A stretch of 20,000 bases of DNA from an uncultured virus (IMG/VR IMGVR_UViG_3300036970_000191) (lineage: Duplodnaviria > Heunggongvirae > Uroviricota > Caudoviricetes): IMG/VR virus record IMGVR_UViG_3300036970_000191. The stretch is one strand, 5' to 3'. The translations under genes were made by a program, and so were the position numbers. The notes beneath the pieces are model-generated. The model was not told the DNA's origin and did not search any database. It saw nothing but the letters and a program-made list of their open reading frames with translations. Shown in pieces: positions 9,770-17,181 of this stretch (position 1 is its first letter; each line of letters begins with the position of its first letter).

Positions 9770-10666
9770 ATGGAAATCGCAAAATACCTGGCAGACCTCA
9801 TGCCGCAACTGTCTCGTCGTCAAATGGACGAGGACCTGGACCGTGTCATTGGGCAATTCGAAGACGACCTGATCCCAACCATCCATTCTGCCGATGAACT
9901 CTTTGGCAAGAAACCCTTTAAGCACCCCTGGAACAAACGGTTCGACGATGTCTTCAAACGCGAAGCACCAAAGCACCGTGATGGAAACTACCTGCACTAC
10001 ATGGAAAAGTCCATCCCAGACATCATGGAGAACCTTTCTTCTTTGGGCCGACTGATTGATCGCTCTGAAGAAAAGATCACCCGTGAAATGATCACCGTAC
10101 TCAACATCAACATCCTGCAGTTGATCGAAGCGGCTGACTTCATTGCCCGTTACATGAGTCGTCTGCTCAACGCCACTCTGGCCCGTGAGATTGCCGCGTA
10201 CGAAGGGACCACCGAGGACAAGGAAATCAGCAAACCCTTGTTGATCTGGCTGGATAAAAACCGCGACATCTTCATCCGTGCCTTTCACATCCTTGCAACT
10301 GAGCATACGGCATTTAGCAAACGGCTAAAAGAAGTGCCGGATGTTGTGGTCAATGAAAAGACCGTGGATCAGCAGGTGGCAACGCTTGGCAATGAGCGGG
10401 TTGATCCGCTGGCCCTGGGACTGGTTCCCGTGCGGTTTAACCCCTTCTATCGAATCGGTATGGTGATCGGCGAATGGCAAGCCCAAAGGCTACTGGCCAC
10501 TCGGGCTGAACGCGATGTGATCAACCTGCGTTTGATTCGACTGCAGCAGCTACAAGACCAGACTTCCAGCAAGGACCCTCAGTACAACCGTGACATCGAA
10601 ACGCTTCAATCCCGATTGGAGAAGCTCGATTATCGGATCAAGGAAATGGAAGAGGACTATGTCTAA
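9770..10666 (+). CDS. Internal head / inner-body protein (phiKZ gp90-like)
   Basis: 298 aa with AAGAGGA RBS. FNPFYRIGM motif followed by a C-terminal coiled coil. Size and synteny match gp90. Confidence 0.75.
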   Translation: MEIAKYLADLMPQLSRRQMDEDLDRVIGQFEDDLIPTIHSADELFGKKPFKHPWNKRFDDVFKREAPKHRDGNYLHYMEKSIPDIMENLSSLGRLIDRSEEKITREMITVLNINILQLIEAADFIARYMSRLLNATLAREIAAYEGTTEDKEISKPLLIWLDKNRDIFIRAFHILATEHTAFSKRLKEVPDVVVNEKTVDQQVATLGNERVDPLALGLVPVRFNPFYRIGMVIGEWQAQRLLATRAERDVINLRLIRLQQLQDQTSSKDPQYNRDIETLQSRLEKLDYRIKEMEEDYV

Positions 10667-11195
10667 CCAAAGACCCGCTTACATCGCCATGACGGACGGA
10701 CCGTTCTTCATGACGCCCACCGTACCACACAGCTTCCCCAAGGTCATCGACGGATACAAAGACCTCAAGAAAGCCTGTGCCAGGTATTCCAGCTCCATGT
10801 TATGTGATGTCTGGGAAAACGACCTTGAAATCTGCCGACATGCACTGTTTTGTTTCGGCGATTTCAACCGTTGGATAGACTATCATTTGAACCAAGTGGC
10901 ATTATCGGATTGGTGCTTTGCCTTCCTAGAGGACACCATCCGCTTCATCCGCACGGGACAAAGAAGGTATTCGGTCCATTCGCTAGAATCCTTCATTCGA
11001 CCAGACACCGACGTACAGGTCTCAAACGAACTCCGGAAAAATCGTTTGAAATCGCTCTCGTGTTTCTGGGAAGCCAAGGACAACCCATTTCCCGATAATT
11101 ACATCGGACTTTGGTGTTCTCATGAAAATGGTCTGCGTGACTTGGTCACCACGTTATCCGTCTTGTTTACGGGTCGACGTGTCCAAGCCGTTTAG
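10659..11195 (+). CDS. Conserved jumbo-phage protein (phiKZ gp91-like position), 178 aa
   Basis: ATG at 10659 overlaps the end of the previous gene (ATGTCTAA), suggesting translational coupling; preferred over the GTG start at 10590. Motifs FLEDTIRFIRTGQR and WCSHENGLRDLVTTL. Confidence 0.7.
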   Translation: MSNQRPAYIAMTDGPFFMTPTVPHSFPKVIDGYKDLKKACARYSSSMLCDVWENDLEICRHALFCFGDFNRWIDYHLNQVALSDWCFAFLEDTIRFIRTGQRRYSVHSLESFIRPDTDVQVSNELRKNRLKSLSCFWEAKDNPFPDNYIGLWCSHENGLRDLVTTLSVLFTGRRVQAV

Positions 11196-11251
11196 GTCTA
11201 GCGACCAAGCAAAGAAAAAAGCTTTTTTCAACCCTCTCCATGGAGACAGAC

Positions 11252-12706
11252 ATGTCTAAATTCAATCTGCTGGGACGTTTTTCCGCTCTGGAAAGTGATG
11301 TTCCCGAATCCTCTGTTAGCGCAGCCGAAGACATTCCTCAGGACGTGCTGGAAACCGCCGTTGACACCGAAGTTGATGGTACCGACACCGTAGAAGGTCA
11401 TGCCGTAGAAGCCGAAGAAGCTGAAGCTGATGTTGTCGAAGCCGAAGGCGCTGCAGAAGACCTGCAGGAAACTTCTGAAGCTCTGGAAAGCTATCTGGAG
11501 ATCGTTCAAGACGCTCGTATGAGCCGTCGTGGCCTGACCAAAGGCGAAGCCCACATTCTGTACGTTGGCATCAACAACGCCGTGAAGAAAGTCGGCATGG
11601 ATGTCGGCGATATCGCAGGCAACGTATCGGTTGAAAGCTTTGATGGCGGACGCGACTCTCTGGGTCGTTGCGCTTCTCTGGAAAACGCCATCGTTGATGC
11701 AATCAAAAAATTCTGGGAAGCCATCAAGAACCAAATCAGCAAGATGGTCAAGTACGTTCGTGACTGGTGGCTGAAGCATCTGGACGGTGCAGCTCGTCTG
11801 AAGAAAAAAGCCGAGAAACTCAAAGAGAAAGCCAACGGTACCACCGGTACCGCCAAAGAGAAGAAGGTAAAGCTGTCGGTACATCGCCAACTTTCCAAAG
11901 GTAAAAGCGTGTCTGACATCGACTTCATCAAGTCGGGCTTGGACATTACCACTCAAATCATCGATTCGCTCACCGTTGGTCGTATCGCCGATAGTTTTTC
12001 CGAAAACCTTGACGAAGTTGAAAAAGCGGTTAACGAAATCTACGATAACGATACCCCAGTCGCTGCCAGTGCCGTGAAAATTGACCTCTCTAAGGTAGGT
12101 ATGGCGCAACAGAGCGTCATGAAGGTTGACCCCAAATATAACAAGGTTGTGGGCACCGACGGTAGCGAATTTGTTGCCACCGTTACCGATGAGCTGCCGG
12201 GTTATAAAATCTTCGCCATGGGTAAGGCCAACTCGAATTTCGTTTCTAAGTACACTGGCGAAAGCGATCCGGTTAAAAAATCCGAGCTTTTCAAACGTTA
12301 CGTCGAAGGACAAAAACCGAATGTTCGTTATGCGGTCGATAAGATCCCCGAAATCGATTCGAGTGCCGAGTATAAAACTCTTACCCCCAGCGAATGTTCA
12401 GAACTTTGCGATGGCGTGATCAAAATGTGTGAGTCAGTAATGGCTTATAAACAGAATTTCGATCGTTACGAATCTGCAACTAAGAAGTTTCTGAACAAGA
12501 TGGATGGTATTTACAAGAAAACCATCAAAGGAGATGAGAAGTCCGCTATGATTAATCCTAAGGTAGGGAAGAATCTGGGCGGTGCTGCCGCTTCTTATAT
12601 TCGTGGTCGTACAACCGCCATTACATCTCTGATCGGATACGGCAACGGCTTGGGTCGTGCTAGTTGTGCATACGTTCAATCGTCTCTGTCCCAGTACAAA
12701 GACTGA
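11252..12706 (+). CDS. Internal head protein, phiKZ gp93/gp162/gp163 and SPN3US gp53/gp54-like family; paralog 1
   Basis: Start at 11252 is supported by GGAG at 11242-11245 and by alignment with paralog 2 (MSKFNLLGRFSALESDVP vs MSIMKLGRFAALESDVP). Very acidic ~144-aa propeptide with ALE/ALE/SVE/SLE sites, then SLE|NAIVDAIKKFWEAIKNQI, an amphipathic helix typical of this family. Confidence 0.85.
   Translation: MSKFNLLGRFSALESDVPESSVSAAEDIPQDVLETAVDTEVDGTDTVEGHAVEAEEAEADVVEAEGAAEDLQETSEALESYLEIVQDARMSRRGLTKGEAHILYVGINNAVKKVGMDVGDIAGNVSVESFDGGRDSLGRCASLENAIVDAIKKFWEAIKNQISKMVKYVRDWWLKHLDGAARLKKKAEKLKEKANGTTGTAKEKKVKLSVHRQLSKGKSVSDIDFIKSGLDITTQIIDSLTVGRIADSFSENLDEVEKAVNEIYDNDTPVAASAVKIDLSKVGMAQQSVMKVDPKYNKVVGTDGSEFVATVTDELPGYKIFAMGKANSNFVSKYTGESDPVKKSELFKRYVEGQKPNVRYAVDKIPEIDSSAEYKTLTPSECSELCDGVIKMCESVMAYKQNFDRYESATKKFLNKMDGIYKKTIKGDEKSAMINPKVGKNLGGAAASYIRGRTTAITSLIGYGNGLGRASCAYVQSSLSQYKD
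11810..11861 (+). repeat. DNA block shared with 13346-13397 (48/52 identical; two perfect 23-mers)
   Basis: GCCGAGAAACTCAAAGAGAAAGC-N6-TACCACCGGTACCGCCAAAGAGA occurs in both paralogs. Another perfect 23-mer, TACGTTCGTGACTGGTGGCTGAA, is at 11753-11775 and 13289-13311. Confidence 0.9.
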
Positions 12707-12728
12707 TCTCATCCATCCGTGGTGACAT

Positions 12729-12761
12729 GAAAACACGGGGCCTATTTGGCCCCGTGTTTTC
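12729..12761 (+). terminator. Hairpin, probable intrinsic terminator
   Basis: 14-bp stem GAAAACACGGGGCC / GGCCCCGTGTTTTC with a TATTT loop, just after the stop at 12706 and followed by T-rich sequence. Confidence 0.8.
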
Positions 12762-12805
12762 TTCATTTACCCAAACGTTTTTTTCATTGAAAAGGTACTG
12801 TAAAA

Positions 12806-14290
12806 ATGTCCATTATGAAACTCGGTCGCTTTGCCGCTCTGGAAAGCGATGTGCCCGATTCCCCCGTTCTCGACGCAGATGATCTGGACGAAAGTGGCGC
12901 TCCCGTAGACGCTTCGAACACCGTTGAAGCCGTCGCTATCGACGCCGCTGAAGTAGAGCAACCGGTGATCGAGGAAGCCAACGAAGAGCTCGAAACCCTC
13001 GACGATTCCGCAGAATCCCTGGAAGCCTATCTGGATTTCATCCAGGAAGCCAAGCAAAATGGCGGTATGGATAAAAACACCGCTAAAGCCGTTAAGATTG
13101 GACTGGACAGCGCATTGCGTTCGGTTGGAACAAACGCCGAAAATTTCCTGGGCATGAGTCAGGCCTCTTTGGAATCATTCGGTACCAATCGTCGCTTGAA
13201 CCAAACCATTTCTCTGGAAAATGCGGTAACTGAAGCACTGAGATCTGTTTGGGAGGCTATTAAACGGGGGATCAACAAGTTGGTCACCTACGTTCGTGAC
13301 TGGTGGCTGAAAAACTTTGACATCGCTACACGAATTAAGAAGCGTGCCGAGAAACTCAAAGAGAAAGCGAGCAATACCACCGGTACCGCCAAAGAGACCA
13401 AGATTCAGGTCCCTAATATTTCTCAACTACATATCTCGAAGAAGTCGCCAACGGCTAAGGAGATTGTTGAGAGTATTAATAAGGTAATGGGTCCATTTGA
13501 AGATTTTTCCACAGGAAAAATTTCGTCGAGCTTTCCGGATATGATGGATTCGATGGTTGACGAAGCCGAAAAAGGCATTGTTTCAATCGAGAATAAGAAT
13601 GATGTGAGTCAGTTCCCCGATTTTGTGGTTCAAAGTCTGGTGGCCGGACTTCTTGAAAATCTAACAAAAGGACTCGCTAGTGACCCGGCATACGCCTTAG
13701 CTCGCGATAGCTTCGAGGGACATGCCACACGTTTTAGTTCTTACGGGGAATATTCGGTCTACGTTGGGAGAAGTCACCAGTTGTGCGGCGGAAAAGCAAT
13801 GTTCGGTTTTGGTAAAACTGGAATGGATGCCCTAGTTAAAAACGTAGATAAGTCTAAACCTGCCGAAGTCTTGGCTGCCTCCGAAAAGCTCGCACGTTTT
13901 GTATTTCTCGACATCCGGGACTATTCGGAAAAGAAAGTCGAGGTCGATTCTAATACAAACGGTCCTACCCTGAAGACCAGTGAAGTGACAGAAATCTGCA
14001 GTGCTGTCATTGATGCCATGGAGTCTATTATGGCGTATAAAGCGGCTTATGGCAAATATGAAAAGGTAACCAAAGACACGATCAAGAAACTGGATAAACT
14101 GACTAACAATAATAAGCTCGATTCCGATAATCCGGATAAAGCTAAATGTGTTAGGACAGTTGCTAAAAACGCAAGCAGCCTCATCAAGAGCGTAACCCAT
14201 TCGATTAACAGTACGATGGGTTACCTAGTGACCACTTCTCGCGCAGCACTGAACTACTGCAACAGTTCTCTGGCTCAGTACAAAAACTGA
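12806..14290 (+). CDS. Internal head protein, same family; paralog 2
   Basis: 494 aa. Acidic ~138-aa propeptide with ALE/SLE/SLE/SLE sites. Shares YVRDWWLK, AEKLKEKA..TTGTAKE and the C-terminal SSL.QYK with paralog 1. Confidence 0.85.
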   Translation: MSIMKLGRFAALESDVPDSPVLDADDLDESGAPVDASNTVEAVAIDAAEVEQPVIEEANEELETLDDSAESLEAYLDFIQEAKQNGGMDKNTAKAVKIGLDSALRSVGTNAENFLGMSQASLESFGTNRRLNQTISLENAVTEALRSVWEAIKRGINKLVTYVRDWWLKNFDIATRIKKRAEKLKEKASNTTGTAKETKIQVPNISQLHISKKSPTAKEIVESINKVMGPFEDFSTGKISSSFPDMMDSMVDEAEKGIVSIENKNDVSQFPDFVVQSLVAGLLENLTKGLASDPAYALARDSFEGHATRFSSYGEYSVYVGRSHQLCGGKAMFGFGKTGMDALVKNVDKSKPAEVLAASEKLARFVFLDIRDYSEKKVEVDSNTNGPTLKTSEVTEICSAVIDAMESIMAYKAAYGKYEKVTKDTIKKLDKLTNNNKLDSDNPDKAKCVRTVAKNASSLIKSVTHSINSTMGYLVTTSRAALNYCNSSLAQYKN

Positions 14291-14314
14291 CCCTTTTCAA
14301 CGCTCCTTGCTTGT

Positions 14315-14346
14315 CTGCTCACAGGGACCTAGGTCCCTGTGAGCAG
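14315..14346. terminator. Perfect 32-bp palindrome; probable terminator
   Basis: CTGCTCACAGGGACCT|AGGTCCCTGTGAGCAG, 24 nt after the stop at 14290. Confidence 0.8.
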
Positions 14347-14380
14347 CGTTATTCGTACATTGATCAATCTATTTGATTCC

Positions 14381-14412
14381 ATTTTATTTTAGTTATATAC
14401 TACTCAATTGAA
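14381..14412 (+). promoter_or_regulatory. Candidate early (virion RNA polymerase) promoter
   Basis: AT-rich ATTTTATTTTAGTTATATACTACTCAATTGAA resembles the phiKZ early-promoter core TATATTAC. It lies after a terminator and before an isolated gene. Confidence 0.55.
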
Positions 14413-14487
14413 CCCGCCCGTTTAAGTACCCCTCTACTTAGACATTACAAAGGGCATTCTCGTGAGGGAAAATCAAGGAGAGCCACC

Positions 14488-15135
14488 ATGGCTACCACCA
14501 AGCAACAACGCCGTTTTAACGGTGCCAAAAACGTTGTTGCGGCACATCGCCGCAACAGCAAAACCACCACCGCCACTGCTCCGGCTGCACCCGTTGCACC
14601 GGTAGTTCCGGCTGCTACTGAGCAGGCCGAAGCAATCGTAGTTAACCTGGACGCAAGTCCGGTCAACGCGCCTGCGGCACCTGCTGAACCCGCTGCTGCT
14701 CCTGAGGTTCCTGTTGTCCCAGAGGACCCTAAGGCTACTGCTGAGGCCCCTGAGGTTCCAGAGCAGAAGGAACCCGCCACCCCTGCGGCACCCGCTGAAC
14801 CTGCTGCGCCTGCTGGCTTCACGGTCGAGCAGGAACTGAGCTTCATCGGGATGGGGTTGAAAACCCTTCTCGGGGTCGAGCAGGACATCCCGACCACCCC
14901 AGAAGACCTCCTCCTGCTGGGTCTTCGTACCGCCCGCCAGACCCTTATGGGTCTCTTGGCAAACGAAGAAGTAGTGGCAGGCATCCAGGCCAAGAAGGTC
15001 GAGTTGCTGAACAAGGCGAAAGCCTTGGTACCGACCGCTCCTGCTGCTGCCGCTGAACCGGCTCCTGCTGCTGCTCACTGCAGTGAAGAAGACCTCCGCA
15101 AGATGGGCATGTCTCTCGACGACGTCTATCTGTAA
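14488..15135 (+). CDS. Hypothetical Ala/Pro/Glu-rich protein (215 aa), probably early and largely disordered
   Basis: Strong AAGGAG RBS. Basic N-terminus, repeated PAAPAEPAA, a helical segment at about aa 110-175 and an acidic tail. It has its own promoter candidate and terminator. Confidence 0.8.
   Translation: MATTKQQRRFNGAKNVVAAHRRNSKTTTATAPAAPVAPVVPAATEQAEAIVVNLDASPVNAPAAPAEPAAAPEVPVVPEDPKATAEAPEVPEQKEPATPAAPAEPAAPAGFTVEQELSFIGMGLKTLLGVEQDIPTTPEDLLLLGLRTARQTLMGLLANEEVVAGIQAKKVELLNKAKALVPTAPAAAAEPAPAAAHCSEEDLRKMGMSLDDVYL
14671..14807 (+). repeat. Intragenic direct repeat encoding PAAPAEPAA
   Basis: CCTGCGGCACCTGCTGAACCCGCTGC (14671-14696) vs CCTGCGGCACCCGCTGAACCTGCTGC (14782-14807), with a degenerate copy near 15040-15070. 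Confidence 0.8.
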
Positions 15136-15140
15136 AAACC

Positions 15141-15182
15141 CACAGAGGGACCTTCGGGTCCCTCTGTGAATTCTTTTTTTTT
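15141..15182 (+). terminator. Rho-independent terminator with UUCG tetraloop
   Basis: CACAGAGGGACC-TTCG-GGTCCCTCTGTG (15141-15168) followed by a long T tract. Confidence 0.9.
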
Positions 15183-15190
15183 ATTTCTGG

Positions 15191-15204
15191 TTTTTATTTT
15201 TATG
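15191..15204 (+). promoter_or_regulatory. Candidate late promoter (TATG motif)
   Basis: TTTTTATTTTTATG with TATG at 15201-15204, between a terminator and a structural operon. TATG is the reported phiKZ late-promoter core. Confidence 0.45.
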
Positions 15205-15238
15205 ACCTTTAAACCTTTTAAAAAAGGAAGAACGTGCC

Positions 15239-16675
15239 ATGCCTCAGTGTGCCATTGAGATACCCGAAGTTTACCGCTGCGTCACCAGACCCATCTGCGC
15301 CGAGATCGCCAGAAAGCTCATGCTAAAATGGGGCATGGACATCCAGGACGTACGCCTTAATTACGCTGGAGACACCCAGGCACTACTCACCACCAATTCA
15401 GGACTGCAATCAGAGCAAAGGCCCAATCGACTCACCACGGACAAAACCATTACCCTAAACGTCAATGAAAACTACGACCCTACGGGAACGCCCTATGTCC
15501 CCTTGATGCGGCCAGAGCAACCCCTCATCTTTAGTGACGATGAACTAAAGATCTTCATGTTCTCAACCTACAAACGCCATAAAGTCACCATTGACGTAGA
15601 GGCCCGTTTTGGAGATCGTATCTCTGCTCAGATCTGGCGTAGAGACGTGGCCACCAGAATGACCACCTACGATGAAATGGACCAATACAACATTGACTAT
15701 ACGGTCAACATTCCCGATGTTGCCATCATGGCCTTAAAGACTTTCCATGGTCTGCGCGAGAACGTAGCGCCCTTACATGAAGATTTTGGGGATTGGCTTG
15801 ATCGTTGCCTAGATTCCAGGTATACAGCGTCCTTGAATCAATCGGGCACCAGATCAGTCTTTCAGATCACCGAGACACAGGTGGGCGTTGTCGGCTACTA
15901 CGAGTTTGGTCAGGACGACATTCCCCCAGTAGAATCCCAGGATGCAGGCACAACCTTCACCGCAAGCTTCACTTATTCGTTTTATTACCTAAGACCAGAA
16001 TGCGTTGTCATGGGTTATCCGCTCTCTATTCACAATCAAATGGTTCCTCCAGACTACATTGTCAAGGATGAAACCTATCGGGTGGAGAATTACCTCAGGC
16101 AGTATTCCAGGACTGATTACAACCTGCAATACTTTCGGTACAATGCCGGTAAAACCCCAAACGAAATCATTGCCAAAGGAATCCCCGTCCCTTACTACGA
16201 CGACTGGCTACTCTACAAAGAGTTCCCTGGCCATCAGCAGGTCTTTCGATTCCACATCACCGTTGATCCACAGGACCCAACCCTGGTCATTAACCTGACT
16301 CAACTGGGCGATTGGTCACTGGGCCCAGAAGTGATTGACTACCTCAAGGAACATCATGCAGACCTGACCACCCTAAATGGGGCATTGATTTTCCTGAATC
16401 TTTACGACTGGGACAAGATCATTGGCCTTGACAAGCTCGATGTGGATGCCGAACTCAATGTACGCACCACTGAACCGATGGACCCCAGGAAGATTTACCA
16501 CTTCACCATCAGCCTGTGTACAAAGCCCTGTCATTTGTCCAGATATGCCTACGTGGGCAGTAAACGACAATTTGTCAATGACCACATTCGTTTCTTTGGT
16601 ACCTGCAAAGATCGGGTTTCTTCTCCTAAGTACGTGGAGTTTGCCCAGTTGATCGCGCATCACAGGGAGGTTTAA
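15239..16675 (+). CDS. Virion structural protein (phiKZ gp98 / SPN3US gp61-like); possibly neck or tail-terminator
   Basis: 478 aa with AAGGAAG RBS. Motifs VTRPIC, LRENVAP, ETQVGVVGYYEF, FTYSFYYLRP, YPLSIHNQ, GIPVPYYDDW. Synteny fits gp98. Confidence 0.75.
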   Translation: MPQCAIEIPEVYRCVTRPICAEIARKLMLKWGMDIQDVRLNYAGDTQALLTTNSGLQSEQRPNRLTTDKTITLNVNENYDPTGTPYVPLMRPEQPLIFSDDELKIFMFSTYKRHKVTIDVEARFGDRISAQIWRRDVATRMTTYDEMDQYNIDYTVNIPDVAIMALKTFHGLRENVAPLHEDFGDWLDRCLDSRYTASLNQSGTRSVFQITETQVGVVGYYEFGQDDIPPVESQDAGTTFTASFTYSFYYLRPECVVMGYPLSIHNQMVPPDYIVKDETYRVENYLRQYSRTDYNLQYFRYNAGKTPNEIIAKGIPVPYYDDWLLYKEFPGHQQVFRFHITVDPQDPTLVINLTQLGDWSLGPEVIDYLKEHHADLTTLNGALIFLNLYDWDKIIGLDKLDVDAELNVRTTEPMDPRKIYHFTISLCTKPCHLSRYAYVGSKRQFVNDHIRFFGTCKDRVSSPKYVEFAQLIAHHREV

Positions 16676-17169
16676 TGATGGCGCTAAAACCCCTGTTTCA
16701 CTTGTCGTTCAACAAGACGTTGGAAGGGATATGGTACCCAAGGGCCCCCATGTCGCCTTCCAACGCTGATGGAAGTTTCCGTAGCGGTGAAGTGGACTTT
16801 GCCAGGATCTGTGTTTCACCCACCATCGAGGGGTGCTTCTATGCCATTTACCCAAACGTCTCTTCTTTTTTTGAAGAAAGGAAAAAGCCCTATATGGACT
16901 TTTACGTCTATCAGGCAAGACTTCTGCGTAAGCCAAAGATACTGACGCCCGAGCAACTGATCCAAAGAAAATTAGTGCCTGATGCACATGTCACGAGGGA
17001 GCATGGGATTTTAGAGCCCGTCTACATGCGGCTCTTTCAGAAGATCCGCGTGATCAACACCACGGCACTTAGAGACAAGGAAATCTGGTATCACCCCTTT
17101 AACGACCCAAGTAAACCCATGATCTTTCTTTCTCCCGTTTGCTCATACCGAGTCATCAACCGTTTTTAG
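16675..17169 (+). CDS. Putative ADP-ribosyltransferase-fold phage protein (164 aa)
   Basis: TAATG overlap with the previous stop and GGGAGG RBS. Motif series LFHLS / WYPRAP / RICVSPTIEGC / FYVY / VPDAHVTREH gives an H-S-E arrangement like small phage ART-fold proteins. Confidence 0.55.
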   Translation: MMALKPLFHLSFNKTLEGIWYPRAPMSPSNADGSFRSGEVDFARICVSPTIEGCFYAIYPNVSSFFEERKKPYMDFYVYQARLLRKPKILTPEQLIQRKLVPDAHVTREHGILEPVYMRLFQKIRVINTTALRDKEIWYHPFNDPSKPMIFLSPVCSYRVINRF

Positions 17170-17181
17170 GAATACCCTGTC

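Noticed and set aside
303..10306. Numerous 60-180 aa alternative-frame ORFs nested in long genes
   Set aside because: They fall largely or wholly within well-supported genes and have no independent translation signals or motifs.
11228..12313. 361-aa antisense ORF over paralog 1
   Set aside because: Shadow of a strongly codon-biased sense gene; no convincing RBS and an implausible protein sequence.
11753..13397. Diversity-generating retroelement or CRISPR interpretation of the 23-nt repeats
   Set aside because: The repeats are in frame at homologous positions of paralogous genes. There is no regular spacer array, no adenine-specific mismatch pattern and no reverse transcriptase or cas gene in the window.
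14445..15078. Two antisense ORFs (189 and 201 aa) over the Ala/Pro-rich gene
   Set aside because: GC-rich low-complexity repeats lack stop codons; the RBS, promoter candidate and terminator all support the plus strand.
16675..17169. Homing endonuclease or intron explanation for the inserted ORF
   Set aside because: No HNH, GIY-YIG or LAGLIDADG motif is present, and both flanking genes appear intact with their own starts and stops.
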